Part shown: positions 9,401-19,309 of the stretch, piece after piece | How the letters are laid out: the number at the start of each line of letters is the position of its first letter | Position numbering within the stretch: position 1 is the stretch's first letter | Source of the DNA: Armatimonadota bacterium | GTDB lineage: Bacteria > Armatimonadota > Fimbriimonadia > Fimbriimonadales > GBS-DC | Direction: 5' to 3' | Assembly: GCA_037445735.1 (NCBI GenBank) | Contig: JBBIJY010000006.1 | Span: 32,001-96,000 of the forward strand | DNA: 64,000 nt | Translations under genes and position numbers: made by a program | Notes under the pieces: model-generated | Told to the model about the DNA's origin: nothing | Database searches by the model: none | What the model saw: the letters and a program-made list of their open reading frames with translations, nothing else

Positions 9401-10345
9401 ATGCGGCTGGGCTGGTATCTGCTTATCTATGCAGGGGCGGTTGGGATTGTGGGAACCGCCCAGAATATTTTGCACATCGAGATTGTTCGGCGCATGGGTT
9501 TCGGTTCAACCCTGCACATAGACCTGTCAGGGTTTCTGCTAACTTTCCTTCCCTTGCTCTCCGCCCCAATCGGTGTGCTGATCCTGCGCCGCAGTGAATG
9601 GCTACCTCTGAGCCTCTGGGTCTATCTGGGTTTCGCGATCCCGACAGCCGTCGGCGGTGGATACCTTCTCTGGCAGCAGGTGGCTTCCTTTCGAATGAGC
9701 ATCGTCGGTGGTGCGATATACACAACCTCAGTCGTTGAAGGCTTCCTGTACAGTCTCAGCCGGGTAGCAGGTAACTACTGGTTTGCGTGGGTCGTGGCTC
9801 TGTGTGCGGTACAATCCCCGCCAGAGAAGTTGACCCGTTTCTGGCGGAAGGGTATCGGTGTTTTTCTTCTTTTGTGGGGCTTGCTCATGCTCTCTCCGCT
9901 TGTGCTTCATTACTGGCTCGGTGATACTGCACAGAGTGGCTCGGACTGGCGCGTGTATGCAAGAGCCGCGCTGATCTCGCTGGACGCGCTGGTGTGGCTG
10001 ACACTGGGTGGGTGCTTGCTGCGGGGCAAAGGCTGGCTCCCAGCGACGGCAGCCGCCATCGTGATGAAAATCGCGCTTTATGTGGCACATCAGCTATTCG
10101 GTTGGGGCATGCGCGTGTCAGTGAGTGGCTGGTCAGGCGCACTGCCGACCACATGGATAGGCTGGCACGATCCCATCGTGCTGACTGAATGGCTGAGCGG
10201 CATGCTCTATTCCGCTCTTCTCGATGTGGCACCCCTCGTACTGATGCTCACTGTTCTCGGTATGGCTTTCCCGCATCGGCTTGCGCATTACGGGGCACTA
10301 TGGCGGCTGTTTCGGCGCCAGCGGCTGGAGCGGATGCGCCTTTAG
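9401..10345 (+). CDS. Hypothetical multi-pass membrane protein
   Basis: 314 aa with about eight hydrophobic segments; no family recognised. Confidence 0.65.
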   Translation: MRLGWYLLIYAGAVGIVGTAQNILHIEIVRRMGFGSTLHIDLSGFLLTFLPLLSAPIGVLILRRSEWLPLSLWVYLGFAIPTAVGGGYLLWQQVASFRMSIVGGAIYTTSVVEGFLYSLSRVAGNYWFAWVVALCAVQSPPEKLTRFWRKGIGVFLLLWGLLMLSPLVLHYWLGDTAQSGSDWRVYARAALISLDALVWLTLGGCLLRGKGWLPATAAAIVMKIALYVAHQLFGWGMRVSVSGWSGALPTTWIGWHDPIVLTEWLSGMLYSALLDVAPLVLMLTVLGMAFPHRLAHYGALWRLFRRQRLERMRL

Positions 10346-11166
10346 CGACGGAGCCTCAACACATCGTTCATCTTGCCGCTACGGTAGCCTTCCAGATCAA
10401 GCGCCACATAGAGGTAGCCCAGCGATTTGAAATGGGCAACAATCGCGCTTGCATGTTCCAGCAGGCGCGGGAAGTCGTCGGGCGGCACCTCGATGCGAGC
10501 GATGGTGTCGTGATGGCGTACCCGTACCTGACGGAAGCCCAGCGCGCGCAGGAACCGTTCCGCCCGATCAACCTGCATCAATCGCTCGCGTGTGATAGGC
10601 ATGCCGTAAGGGAATCGGCTGGACAGGCAGGCGAAAGAGGGTTTATCCCAGATGGGCAGTTCCAGCGCCCGCGCCAGCTCACGGATGTCGGCTTTGCGCA
10701 GTCCCGCCTCCAGCAGCGGTGAGCGCACGCCATGCTCCGCCGCTGCCTGCATGCCGGGGCGATAATCGCCCGTGTCGTCCAGATGGGAGCCATCGGCAAT
10801 CCAGGTGATGCCCTCCTCATCGGCGACGCGCCGCAGTATGCTGAACAGCTCCGTCTTGCAATGATAGCATCGGTCGGGGCGATTGACGCTGAACAGCGGA
10901 TTGCTCAGCTCGTGAGTGCGCACGATTCGCACGCGCACGCCGATCTGCTCGGCGAGGCGCTTCGCCTCTTCAATCTCGCCTTCCGGGAACGCCTCCGATT
11001 CGCCAATCACTGCCAGACAGCGCTCGCCCAGCACCTCGTGCGCGACCCTGACCAGCAGCGTGCTGTCCACCCCGCCCGATAGCCCGATGACCACGCTGCC
11101 CATCTCGCGCAGAATCGCGCGCAACCGCTCATACTTCTGCCCCAGCTCCTGATCCAGCTCTCTCAT
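10342..11166 (-). CDS. larE: LarE-family ATP-dependent sulfur transferase (PP-loop)
   Basis: SGGVDS, RCYHCK, DYRPG, WDKPSFACLSSRFPYG, VRVRHH, GYRSG; start moved to ATG 11166. Confidence 0.9.
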   Translation of the reverse strand: MRELDQELGQKYERLRAILREMGSVVIGLSGGVDSTLLVRVAHEVLGERCLAVIGESEAFPEGEIEEAKRLAEQIGVRVRIVRTHELSNPLFSVNRPDRCYHCKTELFSILRRVADEEGITWIADGSHLDDTGDYRPGMQAAAEHGVRSPLLEAGLRKADIRELARALELPIWDKPSFACLSSRFPYGMPITRERLMQVDRAERFLRALGFRQVRVRHHDTIARIEVPPDDFPRLLEHASAIVAHFKSLGYLYVALDLEGYRSGKMNDVLRLRR

Positions 11167-11227
11167 GGTTTCTTCGGAAGAACCCCGCTGAAGCTGCGCT
11201 TCAGCACCCCACATGTCAGACTGGGCG

Positions 11228-11713
11228 TTATTCCATCCAGCCTGGCTCCAGCCCGCTGATTTTGACCACCTTCCACTCCTCATACGGAATGATCAGCCAG
11301 CGGCGCCGATGCTCCCTGCGGAACTCGACCTCCAGCGGACCCGCATTCTGCGATTCGGTGTTGATGTCTTTCCACATGACCTTCACCTCCGTGCGGGCAA
11401 TTGCGCGGTCGCCATGCACTTCGATGATAGGCGGGGTGTAGCTCGCCCGCAGGGCTTCGGCATTTTTGAAAAAATTCGCCAGCTGGTAGCGCAGTTGCTC
11501 CTTGCGCATCCCGCCCCACTCGAAGTCGTCGGCGACCATCGCCATCAGCGTGTCCACATCTTCGCGCTCGAAGGCGCGCTTGCCCTCTTCGAACATCTGC
11601 TCGATGCGCTTTTGCGGGCTGACAGGCTGGGGTGTCGCGATACTGATAACCACCCGCAGGGCAATCAGCAGGAGCACAATCGTGCCGATGATATAGGGCA
11701 GTCGGGTGCGCAT
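11228..11713 (-). CDS. Membrane-anchored NTF2/SnoaL-like hypothetical protein
   Basis: N-terminal TM helix, then AFEREDVDTLMAMVADDF and WKVVKI pattern. Confidence 0.65.
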   Translation of the reverse strand: MRTRLPYIIGTIVLLLIALRVVISIATPQPVSPQKRIEQMFEEGKRAFEREDVDTLMAMVADDFEWGGMRKEQLRYQLANFFKNAEALRASYTPPIIEVHGDRAIARTEVKVMWKDINTESQNAGPLEVEFRREHRRRWLIIPYEEWKVVKISGLEPGWME

Positions 11714-11717
11714 GGCA

Positions 11718-12599
11718 TTACCATCCGATAGGGTGCCAGACGGTCTTCATCTCAGTGAAGGGTTCAATCCATTCCAGCCCCTGCGCGGCGTCGCTGTACC
11801 ATTCGGTGCGGCGCCGGCGCGGACTGTGATGGAGGCGCTTGACCGTCTCGGCAGCGCTCGTCTCGAAGGGTGCTCGCGCCTCTTCGGGCACGCCACACAG
11901 GTCGAGCGCGTCCACCTCCACATGGGCGCACAGGTGGGGCAGTAGCTCCTCCCGATAGCCGCTCAGAAGATTCACCACGCCCGCTGGCAAATCGGAGGTT
12001 TCCAGCACTTCCGCGAACGACAAGCCGACCGTCGGGTAGCGCTCGGAGAGAATCACCACGGCGGTGTTACCGCTGACGATCACGGGCGCCAGCAGGCTGG
12101 TGAGCGCGGCGAGCGGCGCATCATCGGGGCAGACCAGCCCCACCACGCCCACCGGCTCTGGCAGGGTGAAGTTATGCATCGGCATCGCGACAGGGTTCAG
12201 ACTGGAGAGTAGCGCGCTCCACTTATCGCTCCAGCCCGCGTAGTGAACCCAGCGGTCGATGCTCACCTCCACCTCGCGCACGGCTTCTGCACGGGCGACG
12301 CCTGTCGCCAGCGCGATCTCCTGCTCGAACGCCTCGCGTCGGCTTTCCAGCATCTCAGCGATGCGATAGAGAATCTGTCCGCGGTTGTAGGGGGTTCGCT
12401 GTGCCCAGCTGAACTGCGCTTTGCGAGCCGCCAGCACGGCGTCGCGCAGGTCTTTGCGCGACGCCTGCGCCACATTCGCCAGAAAGCCGCCCTGCGCGTC
12501 GCGCACCTCGAACGCCCGACCCGACTCGCTGCGCACAAACTGACCGTTGATAAACAGCTTGTAGGTCTTCAGAACACCAGCCCGTGCGTAGGTTCCCAT
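11718..12599 (-). CDS. Short aldehyde dehydrogenase-like protein (NAD-binding half, no catalytic domain)
   Basis: KTYKLFINGQFVRSESGR, ASRKDLRDAV, EPVGVVG, KTVWHPIG; lacks ELGGK and the catalytic Cys segment. Confidence 0.85.
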   Translation of the reverse strand: MGTYARAGVLKTYKLFINGQFVRSESGRAFEVRDAQGGFLANVAQASRKDLRDAVLAARKAQFSWAQRTPYNRGQILYRIAEMLESRREAFEQEIALATGVARAEAVREVEVSIDRWVHYAGWSDKWSALLSSLNPVAMPMHNFTLPEPVGVVGLVCPDDAPLAALTSLLAPVIVSGNTAVVILSERYPTVGLSFAEVLETSDLPAGVVNLLSGYREELLPHLCAHVEVDALDLCGVPEEARAPFETSAAETVKRLHHSPRRRRTEWYSDAAQGLEWIEPFTEMKTVWHPIGW

Positions 12600-12686
12600 C
12601 GTCAGAAGGATACCCCATGCTGGCGATGTTCCGGCGCAGGCAGGACAAAAGCCGCGTACGCCGTATCTCGAATGCAGCTCCTGGCA

Positions 12687-13463
12687 TCAGCTCTTCTCTT
12701 TGAGCGCGAGCAGTTTGCGGGCGAAGCGCGGGATCGCCTGCGCCGGCGGGTCCGTGTACTCATATTCGATGGAGAGGTAGCCGCGATAGCCCGACTGCTT
12801 CAGGATGGCGACAATCCGTTCGTAGTCGAGTTCCACGAAAGCGCCCTGCGGCGTGCGGTAGTGGGTCTTGGCATGCACATTCACCGCGTGGGGCGCCAGC
12901 ATCTCGATCTGGCGGTAGTGCTGGTCAGGGAAGTTGGCGCAGTCCAGCAGCAGCCCGAAGTAGTCGCTTTTGAGAGCCTGCACGAAGCGGAGCGTTTTCT
13001 CGGCGGTCGCGGTCAATCCCCCGTGATTTTCGAGCGCGAGCGTGACGCCCTGCGCTTCAGCGTAGGGCAGCACCTGACGGAAGCCCTCGATCGCCCACTC
13101 CAGCGCGGTCGATTCGGGCACGCCCTCGGGGTAGCGGTCGGCGAACACGCGCAGGAACGGCGCACCGAGCGCGACCGCGATATCGATCCACTGTTTCACC
13201 CGCTCCACTTCGGCTTTGCGCTGGTCGGGGTCGGGCAGGGTGAACTGGTTGCGCATCGCCACACCCGACACCTGCAGTCCGAGCCGAAAGCAGAGCCGCT
13301 TGAGGCTGTTCAGAGTGGCGCGCTGCGTGTCGGGAAAGTAATAGCCCGTCAGCTCCACCCCGTCCAGCCGCATGTCGGCGCAGACGCGGATAAAATCGGC
13401 GAGGCTCATCTCCCCGCGCGTGAGCGCGTCCCGATACGAGTAGGCGCAGCAGCCTATCTTCAT
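12687..13463 (-). CDS. Sugar phosphate isomerase/epimerase (xylose isomerase-like TIM barrel)
   Basis: LALENHGG, LDCANF, VHAK, GYRGYLSIEYE. Confidence 0.85.
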   Translation of the reverse strand: MKIGCCAYSYRDALTRGEMSLADFIRVCADMRLDGVELTGYYFPDTQRATLNSLKRLCFRLGLQVSGVAMRNQFTLPDPDQRKAEVERVKQWIDIAVALGAPFLRVFADRYPEGVPESTALEWAIEGFRQVLPYAEAQGVTLALENHGGLTATAEKTLRFVQALKSDYFGLLLDCANFPDQHYRQIEMLAPHAVNVHAKTHYRTPQGAFVELDYERIVAILKQSGYRGYLSIEYEYTDPPAQAIPRFARKLLALKEKS

Positions 13464-15212
13464 CTATTCGCCCGAAGCACCAAAGTTGAACAGCACAATC
13501 AGCAGGTCAGCGTCATCCACCGTGCCATCGCCGTTCACATCGGCGGAAGCCTCGCTGCCGCCGAAGGCGAACAGCACGGCTAACAGATCGGCATCGTCGA
13601 TGGTGTTATCGTCGTTCACATCGCCGGGCGTCATGCTGAAGTTGAGGGTGGTGGTTCCCACGATGCTCATCGCGCTGAAGGCACGCGCCAGCACGCGCGG
13701 CGATTTGACCCGCACGCGCCACAGCCCCGCGTTCGACACAGTCGCCGAATAGCTGCCGTCAGGATTGACCGTCGCGCTGGCGGTCTGCGCCACCGTGCCC
13801 GTGAGGGGGTCAATCAGCTGGAAAGTCAGCACGAGAGGGTTGCTTGTGCCCACATAGCCGCTGATGGCGACCGTACCCTGCAAGGTGGTGGGTCTATTCT
13901 CGGTGGAGAGCCACACTTCCCACTCGGTATCAGCAGCATTGCGGGCAGCCCACAGAATCTGGCGATTCGCGTTGACCGCAATCACGAGGCTCTCCGCGTT
14001 GCGCCCCAGCGCCTGCTGGGTGAGGTTAATGCTGCCGTTGCTGCTCCAGCGATAGTAGAACAGGTTCACCTTATTGGCGGTGGCGCTGCTGGAACCGACC
14101 CACACCGCGTTACCGTTATCAAACACGGCATAGCCACTGCTCTGGCGTGCGCCCGACGAGCCGAGCGCCAGCACGCTCGGATTGCGCGTGGCAGCCGGGC
14201 TGAGCTGGGAGACGAACACATCATAGTTGTAGCTGGTGCTTTGCCCCTGCCCTGCCCACAGCACATAGTTGCCAGCAATCGCCACAGGCAACGAGTCGCG
14301 ACTATTGCCCAGCGCCCCACTGGAAAGGTTGATGCTGTTCACAAAGGTGTCAAAGTAGTTACCTGTCGCGCTGGAGCGACCCAACCACAGCACATTGGTG
14401 CCGTCCATATCGTAAGCGGTGGCATCGCGCACGCCGGATCCCAGCGGCGCCGCGCTGATGTTGACTGCGTTGCGGAACACATCCACATTCCCGCCTGTGC
14501 TGCTGCCACCGCCGTACCAGAGGATATTGCCCGAATCGCTGATTTCGACAGCCACAGCAAAGCGCGAGCTGCCCAGCACCGATTGACTGATGTTGGTCGT
14601 GCTGAGCGTATTCAGATTGGTGCGGAACACATCGCGGTTCGCCCCGACGTTGTCGCCTGTGCCATCCCACAGCAGCTCATTGCTGGCGTTGAGGGAGCCA
14701 GGATAGGAATCGCGATTATTGCCCAGTATGGAGGCGGTGATGTTGGTGCTGCCAACGAAGATGTCCAGAAATCCGCCCGTATTGCTGCCGGCACCGTACC
14801 AGACAGGCTGACCCGTGCTGGTGAACCCAAACCCGAACGCCGTTCGATTGCTACCCAGCGCCGACGCGCTGATATTGGTGGTGTTCACGAACACATCAAA
14901 GACGCCACTGGTCGCCGTGCCAGCCCCTTCCCACAGCAGTTCACCATTTGGACCAGATGCAACCGGATTCGCCTGCCGATTACTACCCAGCACACCCGCT
15001 GTGTAGTTGTTCGAACTGGTGATGTAAAAAATGTCCTGATCGGACGAACCCGTTAGTGTGCCCGCCCACGCCGGGATGCCACTCATCGGCAGGATACCAT
15101 AACCGATTTCGCTGAAGCCCTGCCCGATACGCTGATGGGTGAAGGTCTGGGCGTTGCCTGCCATCAGCAGAAGTACGAACCCAAGCCATCCGACGATTCG
15201 TTTCATTGTCAT
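13464..15212 (-). CDS. Secreted repeat (beta-propeller-like) protein with beta-sandwich linker and C-terminal dockerin-like domain
   Basis: SD AAGGAG, signal peptide, about eight ~44 aa repeats (NIS.S.LG.NR...LW.G.G...DVF), twin DxNxD..DDADLL.VLF.FG tail. Confidence 0.8.
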   Translation of the reverse strand: MTMKRIVGWLGFVLLLMAGNAQTFTHQRIGQGFSEIGYGILPMSGIPAWAGTLTGSSDQDIFYITSSNNYTAGVLGSNRQANPVASGPNGELLWEGAGTATSGVFDVFVNTTNISASALGSNRTAFGFGFTSTGQPVWYGAGSNTGGFLDIFVGSTNITASILGNNRDSYPGSLNASNELLWDGTGDNVGANRDVFRTNLNTLSTTNISQSVLGSSRFAVAVEISDSGNILWYGGGSSTGGNVDVFRNAVNISAAPLGSGVRDATAYDMDGTNVLWLGRSSATGNYFDTFVNSINLSSGALGNSRDSLPVAIAGNYVLWAGQGQSTSYNYDVFVSQLSPAATRNPSVLALGSSGARQSSGYAVFDNGNAVWVGSSSATANKVNLFYYRWSSNGSINLTQQALGRNAESLVIAVNANRQILWAARNAADTEWEVWLSTENRPTTLQGTVAISGYVGTSNPLVLTFQLIDPLTGTVAQTASATVNPDGSYSATVSNAGLWRVRVKSPRVLARAFSAMSIVGTTTLNFSMTPGDVNDDNTIDDADLLAVLFAFGGSEASADVNGDGTVDDADLLIVLFNFGASGE

Positions 15213-15224
15213 TCGGCTCCTTTC

Positions 15225-15284
15225 GGCGTGCAAAAGTGCCCTGCCGGGTTCTCGGCAGGGATGCCACACGCCTGCTATAGTATA
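15225..15284 (-). promoter_or_regulatory. -10 box (TATACT) and nested stem-loop 5' leader
   Basis: Outer stem ggcgtg/cacgcc encloses inner stem ccctgccg/cggcaggg just upstream of the SD. Confidence 0.5.
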
Positions 15285-15318
15285 CCACACTTTTGACCCG
15301 TTGAGGGCGTTGCCTGTT

Positions 15319-16212
15319 TCATGGCAGCGCGGTCTCATGGAACACGCGCCGCAGCGACACACGCCAGATGAGCCAGGTCGCCAGCAGCGTGATCAGGAAC
15401 AGAATCCACGCCATCGCGCACGCATGCCCCATTCGGAAGAACTGGAACGCATTCTGGAACAGATAGAGCGCGTAGAAAAGGGTGCTGTTTTCGGGACCGC
15501 CCTGCGTCGCGATGAAGGTCTGCGTGAAATACTGGAAAGTGCCAATCACGCCCACAATCACCATGTAGAGGATGACGGGCGCAATCTGGGGCAGGGTGAT
15601 GTGGCGGATGAGCTGCCAGCTGCTCGCCCCGTCCAGCAGCGCCGCTTCGTACAGGTGGCTCGGCACGCCCTGCAACGCCGCCAGATAGATAACCATCACG
15701 CCACCGATAGCCCACAGATCCATCACGATAAAGCCCCACTTCGAAGTCGCAGGGTCAGTGAACCAGTTGATAGGCTCCAGCCCGACGCGCACCAGCGCGT
15801 GATTGAGCGGTGCCGCCAGCCCGTTCTGCGGGTTCAGCACCCACAGCCACAGAAACGCCGTCGCGACCGCTGGCACCACGCTCGGCACATAAAACAGCGT
15901 GCGATACAGCGCCTGACCCCGCAACCGCAAATTGAGCAATAATGCCAGCCCGATGCCCAGCACCACGCTCAGCGGCACCTCAAGCATGATAAACAGCGTG
16001 TTGAGCATCGAGCGCCAGAAATAGTCAGGGTCGGTTAGCAAGCTGCGATAGTTCTCCAGCCCCACCCAGCGCGGCGCACTCAGCACCCGATAGTCGCAGA
16101 AGCTCAGGTAGAGCGTTGCCAGAATGGGATAGAGCGTGAATAGCAGAAAGCCCGTCAGCCACGGCAACACGAACAGGTAGCCCCACAGCGTGCGCTGCCA
16201 CTCCCGACTCAT
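15319..16212 (-). CDS. Carbohydrate ABC transporter permease (MalF/UgpA-like), solitary
   Basis: YLAALQGVPSHLYEAALLDGA EAA loop, HITLP. Confidence 0.9.
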   Translation of the reverse strand: MSREWQRTLWGYLFVLPWLTGFLLFTLYPILATLYLSFCDYRVLSAPRWVGLENYRSLLTDPDYFWRSMLNTLFIMLEVPLSVVLGIGLALLLNLRLRGQALYRTLFYVPSVVPAVATAFLWLWVLNPQNGLAAPLNHALVRVGLEPINWFTDPATSKWGFIVMDLWAIGGVMVIYLAALQGVPSHLYEAALLDGASSWQLIRHITLPQIAPVILYMVIVGVIGTFQYFTQTFIATQGGPENSTLFYALYLFQNAFQFFRMGHACAMAWILFLITLLATWLIWRVSLRRVFHETALP

Positions 16213-16235
16213 CTTGCACCCTTCCAGAGCATACC

Positions 16236-17294
16236 TTACAGCCAGCCTTTGCGCCGAAAATAGAGCGTCAGCCCTATCGCGATGCCCAGCATCAGCAGCA
16301 TCACGGCGGGATAGCCCCAGCGCCAGTGCAGTTCAGGCATATAATCAAAGTTCATGCCGTACACGCCCACGATGAAGGTGATGGGCATGAAGATGGTGGC
16401 GATAATCGTGAGCGTTTTCATCACCTCGTTCAGGCGCGTGCTGGTCGCCGACAGGTGCAGCTCCACCAGGTTGCCCAGCATCTCGCGATAGGTGGTGAGG
16501 TTCTCGATCACATACATCAGGTGGTCGTACACATCGCGCATGTAGAGGCGGGTTCTCTCCTCGATGTAAGAGGTCTCGCCGCGGGCGAGCCAGCCGATTG
16601 CCTCGCGCAGGGGCCAGACCGCATGGTTGAACTCCAGCAGGGCATGCCGCCACGCCTGCACCCGCCTCAACATCGAGCCGTCTGTCCGCTCAATCAGAGC
16701 GCCTTCCAGCCGCTCGATCTGGTCGCCCACATGCTCCAGCACCACGAAGTAGTGGTCCACAATCGCGTCGATAAGCGAATATGCCAGGAAGTCGGCGCCG
16801 CGCGTGCGCAATCGGCTCTGGGGGGAGCGGAGCCGCTCGCGGATGGGGTCAAACAGCCCGCAATCGCGCTCCTGGAACGACAGCACGAAATCGGCGCCAA
16901 TCACAAGGCTGACCTGCTCCGACTCGATGCGGTGTGCGCGGGTATCGAAGGTGAGCGAGCGCATCACCAGATAGAGGTAGCCCTCGTACTCTTCAGCTTT
17001 GGGGCGCTGGTGCGTGTTGAGGATGTCCTCTAAAGTGAGCGGGTGCAGCTGGAAGGCTTCGGCAATCGTACGGATGGCGTCCACATCGTGCAGCCCCACC
17101 ACATCGAGCCACAGCAATGTGCCTTCCTGACGCAGGTGGGCACACTCGTCAGGGCGCACAGTGCGCTCTTCGAAGGTGGTCGGATTATAGCAATAGGCGC
17201 GGCAGGTGAGCTGCTCCACCTTCGGTCGCCCGATATATACGGGCGTGCCCGGCGGCAATCCCGCTTTTTGCCCGCGACCCTTCGGTTGATTCAT
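16236..17294 (-). CDS. corA: Magnesium/cobalt transporter CorA
   Basis: KAGLPPGTPVYIG, LHPLTLEDI, QRPK, GVYGMNF, MPEL; the ORF extends 24 codons upstream in frame. Confidence 0.95.
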   Translation of the reverse strand: MNQPKGRGQKAGLPPGTPVYIGRPKVEQLTCRAYCYNPTTFEERTVRPDECAHLRQEGTLLWLDVVGLHDVDAIRTIAEAFQLHPLTLEDILNTHQRPKAEEYEGYLYLVMRSLTFDTRAHRIESEQVSLVIGADFVLSFQERDCGLFDPIRERLRSPQSRLRTRGADFLAYSLIDAIVDHYFVVLEHVGDQIERLEGALIERTDGSMLRRVQAWRHALLEFNHAVWPLREAIGWLARGETSYIEERTRLYMRDVYDHLMYVIENLTTYREMLGNLVELHLSATSTRLNEVMKTLTIIATIFMPITFIVGVYGMNFDYMPELHWRWGYPAVMLLMLGIAIGLTLYFRRKGWL

Positions 17295-17366
17295 CTGCCG
17301 TATCTCCTCTGGCAGCTTATCGCGTTCACGCTTAGCTCGACTCGTGAGATTGACCGTATAGCTCAA
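17295..17366 (-). pseudogene. RelE/ParE-like toxin N-terminal stub fused in frame to corA
   Basis: TTG overlapping the upstream stop; MSYTVNLTSRAKRERDKLPEEIRQ resembles the RelE beta1-alpha1 region. Confidence 0.5.
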
Positions 17367-17716
17367 TCTGTCTCTTCTCTCTCTTCCAATAGGGCGTGCA
17401 GGTTAAATCGCTCGCCAGTATCCTGAAGGGTGTCCAGGAGCGCGCAGAGAGCATCGTATTCATCCTGGAGTTCAGGGGGTAGCATTTCCCAGTCGAACTC
17501 GCCGTAACGGCGGATGCAATCCTGTTCAATCTCGCGGATGCGTGCAAGCGCTTTCGCGCCGTTCTCCATACCGGGTGGCCAGAGGGCTGGATCCGTGATG
17601 TTTGCCTGCACCAGCAACTGGATATAGACCGCTGTTTCGAGCCGAACAGCGGTGGGCTTGCCCGCTGAATCGGTCTCGAACTGCGGTCGGTTCGACATGG
17701 TTGGGCTGGTTGCCAT
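17363..17716 (-). CDS. Hypothetical acidic protein, putative antitoxin
   Basis: 117 aa; TDSAGKPTAVRL N-terminus; stop overlaps the RelE-like start. Confidence 0.6.
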   Translation of the reverse strand: MATSPTMSNRPQFETDSAGKPTAVRLETAVYIQLLVQANITDPALWPPGMENGAKALARIREIEQDCIRRYGEFDWEMLPPELQDEYDALCALLDTLQDTGERFNLHALLEEREETD

Positions 17717-17740
17717 TTATCTCACCATCTGTAGGATACC

Positions 17741-18229
17741 CTATCTCCCTGAAGCCATCTGTTTGAGGAACGCGCCATATTCAGGCGTGTCGAGGTCGTC
17801 AAGCCACATGATCAGCGCGTCTTCGCCGTCGTCGTAGTAGCGTTTACGGATGCCGACGGGTCGGAAGCCGAACTTTTTGTAGAGGTTCTGGGCGGGCGTG
17901 TTGTTAGCGCGCACCTCCAGCGTGGCGCGACGCATTCCGCGCTCGCGCGCGGTGGCAAGCAGGCGATGCAGCAGCCGCCTGCCGAAGCCCTGCTGCTGAT
18001 ATTCGGGCTCCACCGCAATGTTGGTGATATGAAACTCGTCCACGATGAACCAGCCGCCCGCATAGCCCACGATTTTGCCGTCCATGCGCAGAATCAGATA
18101 GAGCGCGGCGGGGTTGCGCAGGTCGCGTCGGAACGCCTCCTCCGACCAGCCCGGCTGGAACACCCTGCGCTCGATGCGCATCACTTCGGGCAGATGTTCC
18201 TCCCGCATCGGCTCGATGGTGATGGTCAT
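17741..18229 (-). CDS. rimI: Ribosomal protein S18 alanine N-acetyltransferase (GNAT)
   Basis: HITNIAV, QQQGFG, TLEVRANN, LYKKFGF, RKRYY, EDALIM. Confidence 0.9.
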   Translation of the reverse strand: MTITIEPMREEHLPEVMRIERRVFQPGWSEEAFRRDLRNPAALYLILRMDGKIVGYAGGWFIVDEFHITNIAVEPEYQQQGFGRRLLHRLLATARERGMRRATLEVRANNTPAQNLYKKFGFRPVGIRKRYYDDGEDALIMWLDDLDTPEYGAFLKQMASGR

Positions 18230-18247
18230 CCGCGAGATTGTACCTCG

Positions 18248-19309
18248 CTATGGCAGTTCCACGCTGCTGCTATCGCCCAGCATCAGGCGCAGGGCGCGCG
18301 GGCGACGCGCCCTGCCCGACACCAGCACATTCTTGCCCAGCAGGCTCCCTTCGATGCGCGCCTCAATCTGCTCGATACGGCTGCCGTCCAGCACGATGCT
18401 GTACTCGATCTCGCACGCACGCAGCTGCACCCCATCGCCGATGGAGGTAAACGGACCCACATAGCACTCTTCGAGCGTGCAGTCGCGCCCGATGATGGCG
18501 GGACCCCGCACAGTGCAGCGCACGAGTCGGCTGCCTGCGCCGACGACCACCCGCCCGTGCAGCTGGCTCTCCACCAGCTCGCCCGCCACTTCGCCCTCCA
18601 GATCCTCCAGCACGAGGCGGTTCGCCTCCAGCAGCGCGTCGAGACTGCCGGTGTCCTTCCACCAGCCTGTGATGGTGTGCGAGCGCACCGTGTAGCCGTG
18701 ATCGATCAGATACTGAATGGCGTCGGTGATTTCGAGTTCGTTCCGCCATGAGGGTTTGATCGCGCGGGCGGCTTCGAAGATGTGGTGGTCGAACAGGTAG
18801 ACGCCGACCAGCGCGAAGTTCGAGGGTGGCGCGCTCGGTTTTTCGATGAGTTTGACCACGCGCCGTCCGCGCAGCACCGCCACGCCGAACTCCTGCGGGT
18901 TGGGCACCTCCGCCAGCAGGATCAGCGCGTTGGGGCGGTCGCGCTCGAACTCGCGCACCAGCGGCGCAATACTGGATTTGACGATATTATCGCCCAGATA
19001 CATCACGAAGGGCGTCTGACCCAGATAGGGTTCCGCGACCAGCACGGCGTGCGCCAGCCCCAGCGGTTCCGGTTGCGGGATGTAGGTCACCTGCAGTCCC
19101 CATCGGGCGCCGTCGCCGACCGCTGCCTGAATCTCAGCGGCGGTCTCGCCCACGATGATGCCCACTTCGCGGATGCCCGCCTGCGCGACGGCTTCCAGCC
19201 CGTAGAACAGCACGGGCTTGTTCGCGACGGGCACGAGCTGCTTCGCCATGCTGTAGGTGATGGGGCGCAGGCGCGTGCCTCTGCCACCGGCCAGTATCAA
19301 CGCTTTCAT
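18248..19309 (-). CDS. Glucose-1-phosphate thymidylyltransferase, long form
   Basis: LILAGGRGTRLRP, KQLVPVANKP, LGLAHAV, ELEITDAI, C-terminal hexapeptide region. Confidence 0.9.
   Translation of the reverse strand: MKALILAGGRGTRLRPITYSMAKQLVPVANKPVLFYGLEAVAQAGIREVGIIVGETAAEIQAAVGDGARWGLQVTYIPQPEPLGLAHAVLVAEPYLGQTPFVMYLGDNIVKSSIAPLVREFERDRPNALILLAEVPNPQEFGVAVLRGRRVVKLIEKPSAPPSNFALVGVYLFDHHIFEAARAIKPSWRNELEITDAIQYLIDHGYTVRSHTITGWWKDTGSLDALLEANRLVLEDLEGEVAGELVESQLHGRVVVGAGSRLVRCTVRGPAIIGRDCTLEECYVGPFTSIGDGVQLRACEIEYSIVLDGSRIEQIEARIEGSLLGKNVLVSGRARRPRALRLMLGDSSSVELP

Noticed and set aside
11186-11204. Palindrome gctgaagc-tgc-gcttcagc (and ggcgcgggctttagtcagcgcc near 62413) as a REP family
   Set aside because: Single dissimilar copies within the window; cannot be told apart from ordinary hairpins.
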